Shown in pieces: positions 1 to 12,354 of a stretch of DNA of 64,000 bases. The stretch is from positions 52,624-116,623 of the IMG/VR virus record IMGVR_UViG_3300031521_000021. One strand, 5' to 3'. The stretch's first letter is position 1, and every line of letters begins with the position of its first letter. A program made the translations under genes and the position numbers. The notes beneath the pieces are model-generated. The model was not told where the DNA came from and did not search any database. It saw only the letters and a program-made list of their open reading frames with translations. The DNA is from a virus.

Positions 1-388
1 TATACCGAGAAAACTAATGGATGGGAAAATAAAGAAGAAAATATGTGCGATAGATTATGTGGGGTATTTGCAGATAAAGAAACACTTGCTGGTATTATTG
101 AACTTTATAAATATAAAGTATCTAAAAAGAGCGAAATCCAAAATGTCAATGATTTAGAAAATGATATATGTTACACATGGGATTATCCAACCAAAAGGAC
201 AATTGGAATTAGTAATGTCACTGATAAAATGCTTTATAATGTACTAGATTACATGAAGAATTTTGTTGCAAACAGGTCTTAAAATATCTATTTTATGGTA
301 AAGTTGGGTTTGAAAAATAGGGCATAAACGAGATATGAAAGGTTAAAAATCCATTAAAACAAATTAAGATAAATATAAAAAATAAATA

Positions 389-417
389 TTGACATGATTT
401 GGTTAGTATGATAATAT
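389..417 (+). promoter_or_regulatory. sigmaA-type promoter
   Basis: TTGACA(389)-17 bp-TAATAT(412) with upstream TG. Confidence 0.7.
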
Positions 418-1015
418 AATGGTAACAAGTTAAATAAATTAATTGAATGGAGAGTGCTACATATGAGTATGTATAAATTTTTAAATAGTGAAGAAAAAAT
501 AGTAAAGGTAAATTTAAAATCTTTCAAGGAAGCAAAAGAGTATGCAGAAAAAAATAATTTAGTATCATTAACTATGGATTATGAAAATTTTATAAAAGCA
601 TTTGATGATAAGATTAATAAATTAAAAGAACATGAAAAATATAACGATTTATTAATAATCACAGAACAAGCAAAATCAGATAATACAATGGGAGGAAGTA
701 CTGCAATTATAGCTCATGACTTTATAAAAAGAATTATAACTATGCCACTAGAGTATATTAAAGGTTGGTTAGATGAAAAAAATAATCTTGAATGGTTAGC
801 AGACTACAAATAAAAAAATAATTTTGGTTGAAGTAGTATTACTTACCACTTGGTTTATAATCTTTCCAAGAGAATCGAAAAGATGTTTCTATACATAGGA
901 CAATCCTATTTGATATAGATTTAGAGTATAGTTCTAGAAAAAATAATTTTGGAATTATATTCTTTAAATAAAAAATATTAAAAATAAATTAAGAGAATGA
1001 AGGAGAAATGGAACT

Positions 1016-1624
1016 ATGAAAGAATTAATAATACCAGTGAAATTTGAAAAAGGTGATACAATTTATACAACAAAACAAGTTAAAGAAGAAAAGGTTTGTC
1101 ATATATGTGAAGGGAATAAGATAATTACATATAAGGATAAAGAAATGAGATGCCCTGAATGTAATGGACAAGGTGAAATTACTTTAAGCAAAATTACTAA
1201 TATAGTTATTGATGAACCATACGTAATATCATCAACTAAAATAAGCATGAGTAGTAGTGGTATTACTAATGTAAAATATCATGGTTATTGTGGTAGTACT
1301 AGACTAAACAGGTCTGATGTAAATTTATTTGCAACAAAAGAAGAAGCGCAGTCAAGATGTGACGAGTTAAATAAAGAAAAAATTTCTATCAATATTGCTG
1401 ATATTATAATTCAAGATTCATTTTCACAACCATCAATAGAAAAAATTTCTGATAGATTAAATTATTATAAAGAACATGGTAAATTTGAAAAAGATATTAC
1501 AATCAATAAAGAAAAAATATTATTGGATGGTTATATAACATATTTACTTTGCAAGCTATTAAATATTAGCAGTCCAGTTAGGGCAATAGTTGAAGAAACT
1601 CCAGTAATAGGTTGTAGAATATAA
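1016..1624 (+). CDS. Phage protein with DnaJ-type Zn-finger motifs and C-terminal ParB-like segment
   Basis: CHICEG and CPECNGQG repeats; C-terminal ILLDGY motif. Confidence 0.5.
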   Translation: MKELIIPVKFEKGDTIYTTKQVKEEKVCHICEGNKIITYKDKEMRCPECNGQGEITLSKITNIVIDEPYVISSTKISMSSSGITNVKYHGYCGSTRLNRSDVNLFATKEEAQSRCDELNKEKISINIADIIIQDSFSQPSIEKISDRLNYYKEHGKFEKDITINKEKILLDGYITYLLCKLLNISSPVRAIVEETPVIGCRI

Positions 1625-1719
1625 TATGTAGATTATATTTAAGAGTATATTTAGTTGGTACTCTTATGTAAGCATATTAAAAAATATGTTAATAAATTAA
1701 TAGATAGAAAGGAGACAAA

Positions 1720-3165
1720 ATGGGTAAAAAGAAAACTATTGAATTATCTGAAAATCAACTCGATAGTATTAAATCAGAAATATTAGAATGTAAAAGTAAT
1801 ATGGAAGATAATATATTAACTATTGGTAATTTACTTTTAAAAGTAAAATCAGCTTTAGGTCATGGATATTTTGGAGAATGGTTAGAAAATGAAGTAGAAT
1901 TTACACAAAGGTCAGCAAATAGATTTATGAAAACAGCAACAGAATTTTCAAATTCGCCAACGTTGTCTAATTTGGGAAAATCAAAAATGTTTGCTCTACT
2001 AGATATTAAAAAATATGATAGAGAAGATTTTATTAATGCAACCTATGAAATTGATGGAGAAGAAAAAACAGTGCAAGAAATGTCTGTAAGAGAACTAAAT
2101 CAAGTAATAAAAGAGTATAAACAAGCTAATAAAAAGACTAAAAAAGATGACCAAGAAGACATACAAACTCCAACCGATTTAATAATTCAGGAGGATATTT
2201 CTGATATTTGGGAAGATACAATAAGCTTAAATAAAGAATTACATATGAGAGTCGGCAGTGATGAAGACTTAGAAACAACTTTAATTGCTAGATATAATGC
2301 AAATGAAATAACACATCAACAATTAATAGATGTAGTTGCTAAAGAAAAATTAAATTTACCTATTTTCTTTTATAAAGATTCTTTAGAAGAATATTTAGAT
2401 AGAAAGGATTATTATTCAGATTATGAACATTATGGAGATAAAAAATATTATAGCTTATTTGTCAAAGAGTTTGAATGGCAAGAAGCTATAAAATGTTATG
2501 ATGAAAAAGAAGAAGATTCTATTGACTGGAGTAATAATAATCATGTAGGCAATAATTTATATCAACTTTCAGAAGCTTATGATGACAATGGATATGTGCA
2601 TCTTTGCATATATAGAGATTATAGGTTACAAGGTGCGTTTTTAGATGGAGATTTAGACAATATAAAGGCTTTATGTAATTATGACAATAACTTAGACTAT
2701 GAACAATTAAAAGTCTTATATGAACAGCTAGAACAACAAATAAAGGGATATAAAGAAAGAAATATTATAAGAGAAGCAAAAGAGCAACAAGGACGAGAAA
2801 AGAAATATAAAGAACAAGAAAAATATAGAGAAGTACAAGAAAACTGGAAGACTAATTATCAAGTGTGGGCTTTTGGAAAATGGACTTTTGAAAGCATATG
2901 GGATAAAAATGGTAATGTGTACGATTATAAAGCATGGAATGATATGTCAACTTTTGTAAATGAACAAAGAACAAAAGCTTATAAGGATACATGGTCAAAT
3001 ATGTTAGGTGGTTCTAATTCATTAGTTATATATAATGAGGAAGAAAAAAACGTTGCAATAAAAATGAAGAGATTACTTTTTCGAAACTTTCACCCTGATG
3101 TATTTAAAGATGGGAATGGTCAAGAGATTGATTTAATAAATAAAATATTTAAAAATATAGAATAA
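1720..3165 (+). CDS. DUF3102-like N-terminal domain protein with C-terminal HPD (J-domain-like) motif
   Basis: IGNLLLKVK..LGHGYFGEWL...FTQRSANRFM N-terminus; C-terminal FHPD. Confidence 0.6.
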   Translation: MGKKKTIELSENQLDSIKSEILECKSNMEDNILTIGNLLLKVKSALGHGYFGEWLENEVEFTQRSANRFMKTATEFSNSPTLSNLGKSKMFALLDIKKYDREDFINATYEIDGEEKTVQEMSVRELNQVIKEYKQANKKTKKDDQEDIQTPTDLIIQEDISDIWEDTISLNKELHMRVGSDEDLETTLIARYNANEITHQQLIDVVAKEKLNLPIFFYKDSLEEYLDRKDYYSDYEHYGDKKYYSLFVKEFEWQEAIKCYDEKEEDSIDWSNNNHVGNNLYQLSEAYDDNGYVHLCIYRDYRLQGAFLDGDLDNIKALCNYDNNLDYEQLKVLYEQLEQQIKGYKERNIIREAKEQQGREKKYKEQEKYREVQENWKTNYQVWAFGKWTFESIWDKNGNVYDYKAWNDMSTFVNEQRTKAYKDTWSNMLGGSNSLVIYNEEEKNVAIKMKRLLFRNFHPDVFKDGNGQEIDLINKIFKNIE

Positions 3166-3179
3166 AATAAAAAGGGGAA

Positions 3180-3998
3180 ATGAAAAAAATGAATAAACAA
3201 GTATTAAATGTGGAAAAGGAAACTGTAACAACGATAACAAGTGTGGAACTAGTAGAAATTATAAACGAATTTAGAATGATTGAAAATGAAGCTACTGGGA
3301 AAAAATATACTGAATTAAGACATGATAGTTTTATGACAAAAATAAAAAAAGAGTTAGAAGTATTGAAATCAGTAGGTTTAAGTGCCGACCAAAATATTTT
3401 GGAGGGCGAATATACTGATAAAAACAATCAATTAAGACCATGTTTCTTACTTAATGCAAGTGGGATGAGAACTATGTTAAATTCAGAATCAACAATTGTC
3501 AGGGCTAAAACGGAACAATACATAAACAAATTAGAAAAACAAATTGAAGAATTAACTCAAAAGGATAAATTATATATAGATTTAGGCAGAACTGGTGGAA
3601 GCAAAGCAATACTAATACATAAAGAATTAGCTGAAATTGAGATAAGTGAAGCAGTTGAAAAAGAAAAAGATGGGAATGATAGAATACTAAATGGGGGACA
3701 AGTTGTAAAAGAATTAAAAATACCTTATTTAAATACTACAATTTTAAACGAATGGTTCTCTATAAATAATTTCGGAACAATGGTTAAAATTAATGGATCT
3801 AAAAATAGAACATTCCAACCTAGTCAAAAATTCTTAGATATAATTGCAAAAAGTGGATATTGTTTAACTGGTAAAACACAAAAACAAGATAAAATAAAAG
3901 TTGTGTATACAAAAACTCTAGTAGATTATTTATTAGAAAATAGTATAGACAGTATTAAAAGATATACATTTGCTAAAACTGGAAAAGAAATTGCATAA
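3180..3998 (+). CDS. Rha/antirepressor-like phage regulatory protein
   Basis: ITSVELVEIIN...RHDSF...YTDKNNQLRPCF pattern typical of Rha-family N-termini. Confidence 0.6.
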   Translation: MKKMNKQVLNVEKETVTTITSVELVEIINEFRMIENEATGKKYTELRHDSFMTKIKKELEVLKSVGLSADQNILEGEYTDKNNQLRPCFLLNASGMRTMLNSESTIVRAKTEQYINKLEKQIEELTQKDKLYIDLGRTGGSKAILIHKELAEIEISEAVEKEKDGNDRILNGGQVVKELKIPYLNTTILNEWFSINNFGTMVKINGSKNRTFQPSQKFLDIIAKSGYCLTGKTQKQDKIKVVYTKTLVDYLLENSIDSIKRYTFAKTGKEIA

Positions 3999-4007
3999 AA
4001 AATATTA

Positions 4008-4050
4008 TCAAACAAACGTGAAAAATTATCAAAAATTCACGTTTGTTTGA
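4008..4050 (+). terminator. Long hairpin after the Rha-like gene
   Basis: TCAAACAAACGTGAA...TTCACGTTTGTTTGA inverted repeat. Confidence 0.6.
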
Positions 4051-4378
4051 ATACTAACTATTGATAAAACTTATATTTTAACAAATTAATAGGAGGTTAT
4101 AAAAATGAATTTTAATAATTTAGAAATAACATTAAATGATAAAAACAATATTGATTTTGGAATGGAGTTATTAAAAATAAATGATATTTTATGTCAACGA
4201 CTTGGTAAAAGGGTATTAGATAAAGCTATTAATAAAATTGTAAATAGTTTAGACAAAAATAATTGTATTGAAAATTATAGAGAAACAATATTGCCTATAA
4301 ATTATGTAAACATAAGATTAAGTAGTTTAAATTTAAATAGAGTATGTGAAAATATTAAATTATAAAGGAGTGATTAAG

Positions 4379-4603
4379 ATGTTAGTGGTAAAAGTATATT
4401 CAAATGATAAACCATATGGTTATCTTGACAAAGAAAGATGGGATATTACAGAAAATATGAGCAATGCAATGATATTTAATGATAAAGAAATAGAAGAAGC
4501 TAAATATACTGCTGAAAGATTTGCTGATTGTTTTGATAGTGATGAAGAATATTGGACTACATGTAAAGTGGCTAGATGGGAAGTAAAAGAAACTATAATT
4601 TGA
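4379..4603 (+). CDS. Hypothetical protein, paralog of 45420..45644
   Basis: RBS aaggag before ATG at 4379; near-identical protein at 45420. Confidence 0.75.
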   Translation: MLVVKVYSNDKPYGYLDKERWDITENMSNAMIFNDKEIEEAKYTAERFADCFDSDEEYWTTCKVARWEVKETII

Positions 4604-5570
4604 GAATATGTTTGCTTGTGTAATTATAAAGGAGGATTAATATGGACAATAAAGATTATGGATACATAGAAAAAGAATTTAAAAACCAAAAAGAGGATAA
4701 TATGAAACCAGTTAAATTTACTAAATCATTATTAGATGGTTTATTTAAGAAATTTAATACTTATGCTTATACTGAACTTTATTATGATTCGGAAGTAGAC
4801 GACGATGATAGAAGTTATAAAGGTGAAAATATGACTGATGAAGAATGGGAACAATATAAGAACAATTATGATTCTAGAAGATTTAATAATTGGTGTGACC
4901 CTTATGAAGAAGGTATCTGGGGATTTACTAATCAAAGAATTAAGAAATTAATTATATATGAATTAAACAATCTTAAAAAGTATCAATATATTAATTTAAA
5001 TGATATTAGATTTTATATGAATGAAACTGAAGAAAAAGTCAATATTTATTTTTATGGTAGAGATTTAGAAGACTTACAATGTGATTATTGGTTTTGTTTT
5101 TATAAGTCAGAATCTAACAAATGTTTAATCTGTAAGAAAGGTTCTTGTTGGAAACATTCAAGATGTGGTGATAAGAAAATAAAAATTTTAAATTAGAAGA
5201 TATAATAAAGGTTATTAAGATAAAAGGGAGCGAAAGTAATGAAAGTATATAGAATATGGATAGCTTATAAATCAAAAACTAACATTAATACTTTGATACC
5301 ATACAAAAGAAGACGTTTTGTGTTTCATAATGATGAAGAATGTGAGAATTATATAAGAAATAGAATTAAAAACGTTATAAAAGATGTTTGGCATTTTTCA
5401 AGTGCAAGTTATGCAATATTAACAGAAAATGACACATATATAATTGGAAGAATAGTTGAGTAAAAATATATTAAAACCACTTAAAATCTAAATTTGAAGT
5501 GGAATTGTTAAGGCTAGAGATAGCCTTATTTTTATGAATTAAAATATTTTATAATTCTATTAATTTGTTA

Positions 5571-5599
5571 TTGCAATAGTAAAAATACTATGATATACT
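5571..5599 (+). promoter_or_regulatory. sigmaA-type promoter with adjacent reversed operator-like motif (5555-5569)
   Basis: TTGCAA-17-TATACT with TG. Confidence 0.65.
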
Positions 5600-6420
5600 A
5601 AATACATACATAAGAGATATACATAAGAGATATACATAATTCAAACAAATTAATAAAATAAAGGAGTGTTAATTATGAATGAAATTGTTAAACTAAACAA
5701 TGAAAACTGTAATAAATGTCCTTTTAAACAATTAGAGATCGTATCTATCAATCCAGTTATAAAATCTTGTACCAGATGTAAGGAGAATTAATAAGTATGA
5801 CTGATTATGTAAGAAAAGTTCATCAAGTTTTAATAGAAGGAAAAGAAAAAATTATTATGGTTCATAAAAATATGTTATCTAAAGATGATATAAAATTAAT
5901 TAAAAAATTAGAAAAACTATATCATAAAAAGGTAAAATTAAGTTCATTACAAGAGATTATGAATAATAAAGACATTAATGTTTGTATAGTAGAATAAATC
6001 AATAGAAAGGGTGTTAGAATATGTTTTTAGGTGGGACAACTGAACAATGGATTCAATTATTACAATATTGTATTATAGTATTAGTTTTAGGAACAGGATC
6101 GGTTATATTTAGTTGTATATTGACTAATAAAATATTATATAAGAAAAGGAAAAATAATTTTAAGGCTAAGACTAAAAAGAAAAGCTATTTTATAGATGTT
6201 GCTTAGTTCTGTTAAAACAGGAACTTTAATAGATTTAAATATAATAAGTTTAGGAGGGATGACATGAATAAAAATAATATATATTTATTAATAATAGCAA
6301 TATGTGCCTTTTGTATGATATTTATTAATATGAAATAAAATACTCATATTATATGAATGTAGAATCGTCAGAGATGGCGATTTTTCTTTTACAAAATTTA
6401 AAAATATTTTCCAAAAACTA

Positions 6421-6449
6421 TTGATTTAATTCTATTAATTTGTTATACT
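6421..6449 (+). promoter_or_regulatory. sigmaA-type promoter with operator-like motif in the spacer
   Basis: TTGATT-17-TATACT; TTCTATTAATTTGTT at 6430-6444. Confidence 0.65.
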
Positions 6450-6630
6450 TAATTCAAGAAGTAAATCAAATCTAAGACGATTCAAGTTAGACATAATTTA
6501 TTAAGTTAGTGCAATACTAACACACATATTTAAAATAAAAACAAATTTAAAAATTTAGTTTATAATTGGTAAATATATAAAGTAATAAACTCACCAATAT
6601 GGGAGTTAAATATAGAGGAGTGTATTATAA

Positions 6631-6888
6631 ATGAATAATTTAGAATTAAACCAAATGAAAATTGATGGTGCTACAGAAAGATTAGTATCCAGTATTGAAA
6701 ATTTAATGAATAGATTAAATGAGGAATTAGATATGATAAAAATTAATAAAGAAAAAGGATTAGATTATCAACCAAATTCATTAGGAATAGTTCAAGATAA
6801 AGGAAGAGAGATAGATAATCTATGTGGACGTTTAGGTGGGTTATATGAAATGAAATCTATATTGGATGGTAGTAGTGATTTACTTTGA
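6631..6888 (+). CDS. Small helical protein, paralog of 16799..17047
   Basis: Shared LN.E...Y.PN....LYE...IL pattern. Confidence 0.6.
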   Translation: MNNLELNQMKIDGATERLVSSIENLMNRLNEELDMIKINKEKGLDYQPNSLGIVQDKGREIDNLCGRLGGLYEMKSILDGSSDLL

Positions 6889-9800
6889 TAAATAGTTGTT
6901 GGAGGAGATAATCCTCCTTACATAGATAAAATATTAAATAGAATTGGAGGAATGATTAGAATGAATATATTAAATCTATTTAAGAAAAAGAAAATTGTAG
7001 ATATACCAAAAGAAGATCAAGAGTTAATTAAAATGGCTGAAGAAATGTTATTAAACAAAACAATACGAGCTAATAATATGGGTGGTGGGTTTGATAAAGT
7101 TAAGTTAATAAAATGCACAGGAATAATTACTGATGAATATTCAGATACAACGAGTAAGGATAGAAGAGTAAGATTTGAAACTGATGATAGTTGGATAAAA
7201 GGTGTTTCTTATGAAGATTATGAAATCATAAAAATGTATAATAATTATTTAAATACTGGAAAAATAAATTAAAACAACTTAAAAATCAAATTTTAACAGG
7301 ATGGAGGAATAAAATTTTGGGTAAAAATTGGGTTAGAAACCAAATAAGAAAACAATATAAAAGAGATAAACATGATGAAGAATATCAATTTCCAATGTGT
7401 CATAAGTGTGAGCAACGTGAATTTGTTGTAGAAAGACATACTGACATATGTAAATCGTTGAATAAAGATATTGGACAATCTGTATTCGGTAGGAATAGTC
7501 CAAAGTGTTGTCCTAAAAGAAATGAGATTAATAGGGGTGTTAATAATGAAAATAGTAGAAGAATCTATTAATAAACAAATTATAGAAACATATAAAGATG
7601 AATTATTTCTATTCGCTGAAACTGAAGAAGATTTGAAGGACAAACATATTCTAAAAGTTATTGATGAATATAATGAAGTAGTTTCCATTGCAATGTATAG
7701 TAATTTAGACAATGAAGAATTAGAGTTATACATAGATGGTAGTAAACAAAATAATGTAAAAGATACAATATGCAAAGGAATCTATTTAGATGCTATCACA
7801 AGTCTAAAGAAAGGCTATAATGTATGTAAATATATTATTGGTTATCTAATGGATAAGAACAAAACTATTTGGTGTTATAGCTATTGTGATGCAGTTGAGT
7901 TTTGGAAGAATAAAATGAATTGGTTTGACTTAGGTGAAAATATTTTTGTTAATCAATTAAGTTAGGAGGAAGAAAAATGAAATATAATTTCTTTGAACAG
8001 ATAATGAAAGTTTGTGATAATTATAATATAAATGCCACTTTAAAGTTCATAGGTGATGTTAATACAAAGATTAATGAACTCATAGAACGTGGAATAAGTG
8101 AAAGTTGGATAAAAGAGAATATAGAAGTAATAGTTTTAAAATAAAAGTAAATAAATTAATAGAAACAGTATTGAAATTATAACTGGAATATGATATATTG
8201 ATAGTAGGAAATACATATCAAGTTAAGGAAGTTAATGTTAAAATAATATTTATGAGGATGGTGTGTTAAAATGAAAGTTAAATTTATAAGAGATGAAGAA
8301 TTTACACAAGAAACATGGTTAAATGAAAATGAAAAAGGACAAGTAATAACAATTCATAAAGGTGAGACTTTTAAAACTGGATCATGGGGATATGGTGGTA
8401 TAGAATCTGTTTTGACTAATAAAGGTGAATGGATTTGTGATGTAGATTGTAAAGAATTTAGTGAGTTATTCGAGATACTTGAAGAAGAAAGGTTAAGAAG
8501 TGAAGATGGTTATCACTATATAAAGCAAGGATTAAGAGAAGGTATTATTGGAATATATGAATTAGGTTGGAAAACATCTTGTGATTTTTATGATTTGACA
8601 GTTACGACAGTAGACGAAATTGTAAAAGGGTTAAAAGAAAAATATAATTTTGATGAAAATAAATCTTTAGTATTTATCAATGAAAACATAAAAATAATAG
8701 TAACTTAAAACAAGAGTTTTATTAACTCTTTGAAATCAATTATCAATTGAAAGGAGATGAGAAAGATGTTAAATAAAACAAAATACGAAAAACAATTAGA
8801 ATTAATTGAACAAGCATTAAAAGAAAAATTAGAAGAACTACATAAATAAAATAAAAAGAATGGAGATAAAGGAATGAACAAGAGAATTTATTATAAAAAA
8901 CTAAATAAATTTATTAGTGAAAATATTGATAAAAAGTTATATGGAAAAATTGTATATCATGATGTGTGTAAAAATTGCGAATATAAAGATCCCAATTGTA
9001 GAATGGATTGTGATGGTATGCCTAGATATTTTAATTTTCAATTTTATAATAAAGAATTTGATAAATTTATGACGAATGCATTAGGTAATACTATAGATTT
9101 TGACATTTCAGAAAAAAGAATAAATAATAAATTAATGCATTATGTATTAAGAGATAAAAATAAATATTTAAAAATAGTTTATAGTGAAGATTATATAACA
9201 GTTAAAAATAAATTTAGAATCAGTCCATTTGATTATGAAAAAGAATTAGTAGGTGTATTTGAAATTAAAGATAGAGGATGGAAACTATAAAATAAGGAGG
9301 TATGTTAATTATGAATGGTGAAGAAACAATAAGAAAAGATATTAAAGAAATAGAAAAATTATTATATCAAGCTGAACACAATTTAAGAGGATATTACTCA
9401 CTATTAGAGTGTATTGACGAAGCAGAAATGATAAAAGAAGAAATATTATCTTATGATTGCCATACTAATGAACACATAAAGCGTATAGATTTATTAATTG
9501 AAAAATATGAGACTTTATCAGATGCTGAAGATACATATTATCAGCTAGAAGAAGATGGTGTATTTGATGATTGGGATTAATTTAGAAAGAAGGTGAAAAT
9601 ATGAATTATAATTTAACACAAGAATTTGAAACTCTAGCTGATAACTATTCATACATAATTGATAGTAAAAATAATTTTATTGGATATATAAATGAATTTA
9701 TTTCAGTTAAAGTAGGTGGAACATCGGCTTTAATAGGTGAAGATAAAGTTATCTTTAAACAAGCTAAGACTAGAAAAACAGATAGTCAAGGGAGAAGTTA

Positions 9801-10753
9801 TAGACCTATAATAATAATATATGTAGATAAACAAATTAAAGATGATAATATTAAAAAAGTTTATAGAGATTATAATGGAAACTATTACTACTCTTATAAT
9901 GAAGAAGAAAATCCATATGTTTGTTCATTTGATGAATTACAATTGGGATATGGTAAATTACAAAAAAGAGAACTTGAAAAAACCGATAATATGGTTTTAG
10001 TTATTGGTCTTCAAGTTTGGGTATACTCAGAACGTTGGGACGATATTTTTCTAAATACAATTGAAAAAGTTGAATGCACTCAAATATATACAAGAGAATA
10101 TAAAAAAGCTATTCCAGTAAAATATATATTCCTAACTAAACAACAAGCAGATGAATTTAACAAAGATTATAAAATCAAGGTATATAATTCTTTGTTAAAT
10201 GATAATGAATGGTTATGGACGGCTGAAGCTTATATAAGAGGAAGTATAAAGATTAATAGATGCGAAAAAAGATCATTGTTAAAAATTATGGATAAAATAG
10301 ACAAGTCTACAATAACATTTAAAGAATATAAATTTGATAAAATATAGAACAAAAGGAGAATAAATAAATTATGGAAACTTTAATGGAAGAGTTTATATCA
10401 ACAATGCAAGATTTTGGTTTCAAATATACTATATCTGATAGAGATACTTTAACTAAGTATTTTTATAATAATAGAAAGTTTAAAATAACTGGAACAGAAG
10501 ATATTTGTATTCGCAATGAAATAGTCACAATAAAATTACAAGAGGATTATGACGAGATAGAGTTTGAAATAATAAGTGAAGATTGTAAAGAACGATTTAA
10601 TATAAGTAAAGAATGTACTATACATTATAATGTTGATAAGAGAGATATAGTTACTATTCAAATTTTCGATGTCTTTGAAAAGGGTTGTGAGCCAGATATG
10701 GAAATTACTTTTAGAAGATAGTATTATTTATATTTCAAAAGGAGGTGGTGATC

Positions 10754-10934
10754 ATGAAACAAGATGTTATAAGAGAAGACTTAAAAAACTACTTGAAAGA
10801 GAATGGAATAAAATCCAAATTTATTACTCAAAAAATTTGGTATTTCAGCAAGTATGATAAGTTACTTTGTCAATAGTAAAAAGAATTTATTAGCGAATAA
10901 ATTAAATCTAATTTCAAATATTATATACAAATAA
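10754..10934 (+). pseudogene. Frameshifted XRE-family HTH gene
   Basis: MKQDVIREDLKNYLKENGIKSKFITQKI joins GISASMISYFVNSKKNL... after removing one base near 10838; strong RBS ggaggtg. Confidence 0.65.
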
Positions 10935-10962
10935 AATAAATTATAAAAGGAGAAATACAACT

Positions 10963-12354
10963 ATGAAAAAAGAATTAATATTAAAACAATGGCAAAAAGA
11001 CATTGTAGAAGATGAATCTAAAATAATAATGGCTAATATAAGTCGAGGAGGTAGTAAGACTTTTATATTAGCTAATAAAGTATTATATGAAAAGCCCAAT
11101 ATTGTTTTATACATAAGTAATTCTAAAGAATTAAAATTATTTGAAGAGCAATTCAATGAAATATTTAAATTAGATGATGATATTAGAGAATCTGTAGAGT
11201 ATTTTGAATGCAACCCAACCCATATTCTTATAAGATTTAAAACTAAAGCAACAATTATGATTTATAAAGAAGATACAATTCCAAAGGATGTTGAAATAGA
11301 TATGGTATTATTTGATGATTGCTTGCCTCAATTGGATATTAAAGCAGATAACTATGTATCTATATTTACTATTAAATATCCTATAATGAATCTATTTAAT
11401 TGTAGAAAATATATTAGTTATTATGTTATAGGCATTAAAAAACTCGAAGAATCAGGATATTTAACCAAAGAGCAAATAAAAGATACTAAACAGGATATTG
11501 GAGAGTTAGATTTTGATAAATACTTTGACCTTTGTGATGAATATAAGAAAATGTTTGAAGAAAAGCCAGTTCGAGGATTAAGAAGAAAAGCTAATTTATA
11601 TGAAGAAAGTGCTGGAAATTTTAAACCTAATAATATTTACCTAAATCAAAAAGAAAGAGATGTTATAAAAATTCAAATGGAGCAAGTGTTATATAGTTTT
11701 GAAAACCAAGTAGATAGTTGTCTTAGAAAAAGTGAGTTACAACTAGCAAAAGTTAATCATAATGTGGTAGATACTACTAGAAGTATTTTAAATAAGTTTG
11801 AAATTGCTGATTGTGAAGAACCAAAAACTTTTAATTATTACTTAACTATGGACTTAAATAGAGATGGAGAAAATAAAGCTATATTATTTTATCAATATGA
11901 TAATGAATTAAAAATAGAAAAATTTATTTCTTTTGATGATAAAAAGTTGGGAGATATTGCACATAAACTTATTGATGAAATAAAGCCATATAAAAATGGT
12001 AAAATTATAATTCCTAATGTTGTATGGGGTCAGAATTTAATAGATTATATAAAAGCAGAAGGATTTGAAAATATTCTAGAATTAGATGGAAAAGATTTTA
12101 ATAAATGTAACATTTATAATTTAGAATTATTTAATAATAAAAATTTAATATATAATTTATCAGAAAATAATAGAAAAGATTTTGATTACTATGCTGAATT
12201 TTCACAATTGAAAAAACAATTAGATAATTTAGTAATAAGAAGTAATTCAGAAGGTAGTCATATTATGCTTGATAGAAAAGATAATAGCATTGATAAATAT
12301 TGGATTGTGATTGTATTTTTTACTTTTTATAAATTAGGCTTCAAAATAAAATAA
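10963..12354 (+). CDS. Divergent terminase-large-subunit-like protein (P-loop-like N-terminus, RNase H-like C-terminus)
   Basis: LKQWQ...ISRGGSKT, MVLFDD and YLTMD motifs. Confidence 0.4.
   Translation: MKKELILKQWQKDIVEDESKIIMANISRGGSKTFILANKVLYEKPNIVLYISNSKELKLFEEQFNEIFKLDDDIRESVEYFECNPTHILIRFKTKATIMIYKEDTIPKDVEIDMVLFDDCLPQLDIKADNYVSIFTIKYPIMNLFNCRKYISYYVIGIKKLEESGYLTKEQIKDTKQDIGELDFDKYFDLCDEYKKMFEEKPVRGLRRKANLYEESAGNFKPNNIYLNQKERDVIKIQMEQVLYSFENQVDSCLRKSELQLAKVNHNVVDTTRSILNKFEIADCEEPKTFNYYLTMDLNRDGENKAILFYQYDNELKIEKFISFDDKKLGDIAHKLIDEIKPYKNGKIIIPNVVWGQNLIDYIKAEGFENILELDGKDFNKCNIYNLELFNNKNLIYNLSENNRKDFDYYAEFSQLKKQLDNLVIRSNSEGSHIMLDRKDNSIDKYWIVIVFFTFYKLGFKIK

Noticed and set aside
6264-6338. 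Type I toxin (24-aa hydrophobic ORF)
   Set aside because: No evident antisense RNA promoter or terminator; insufficient support
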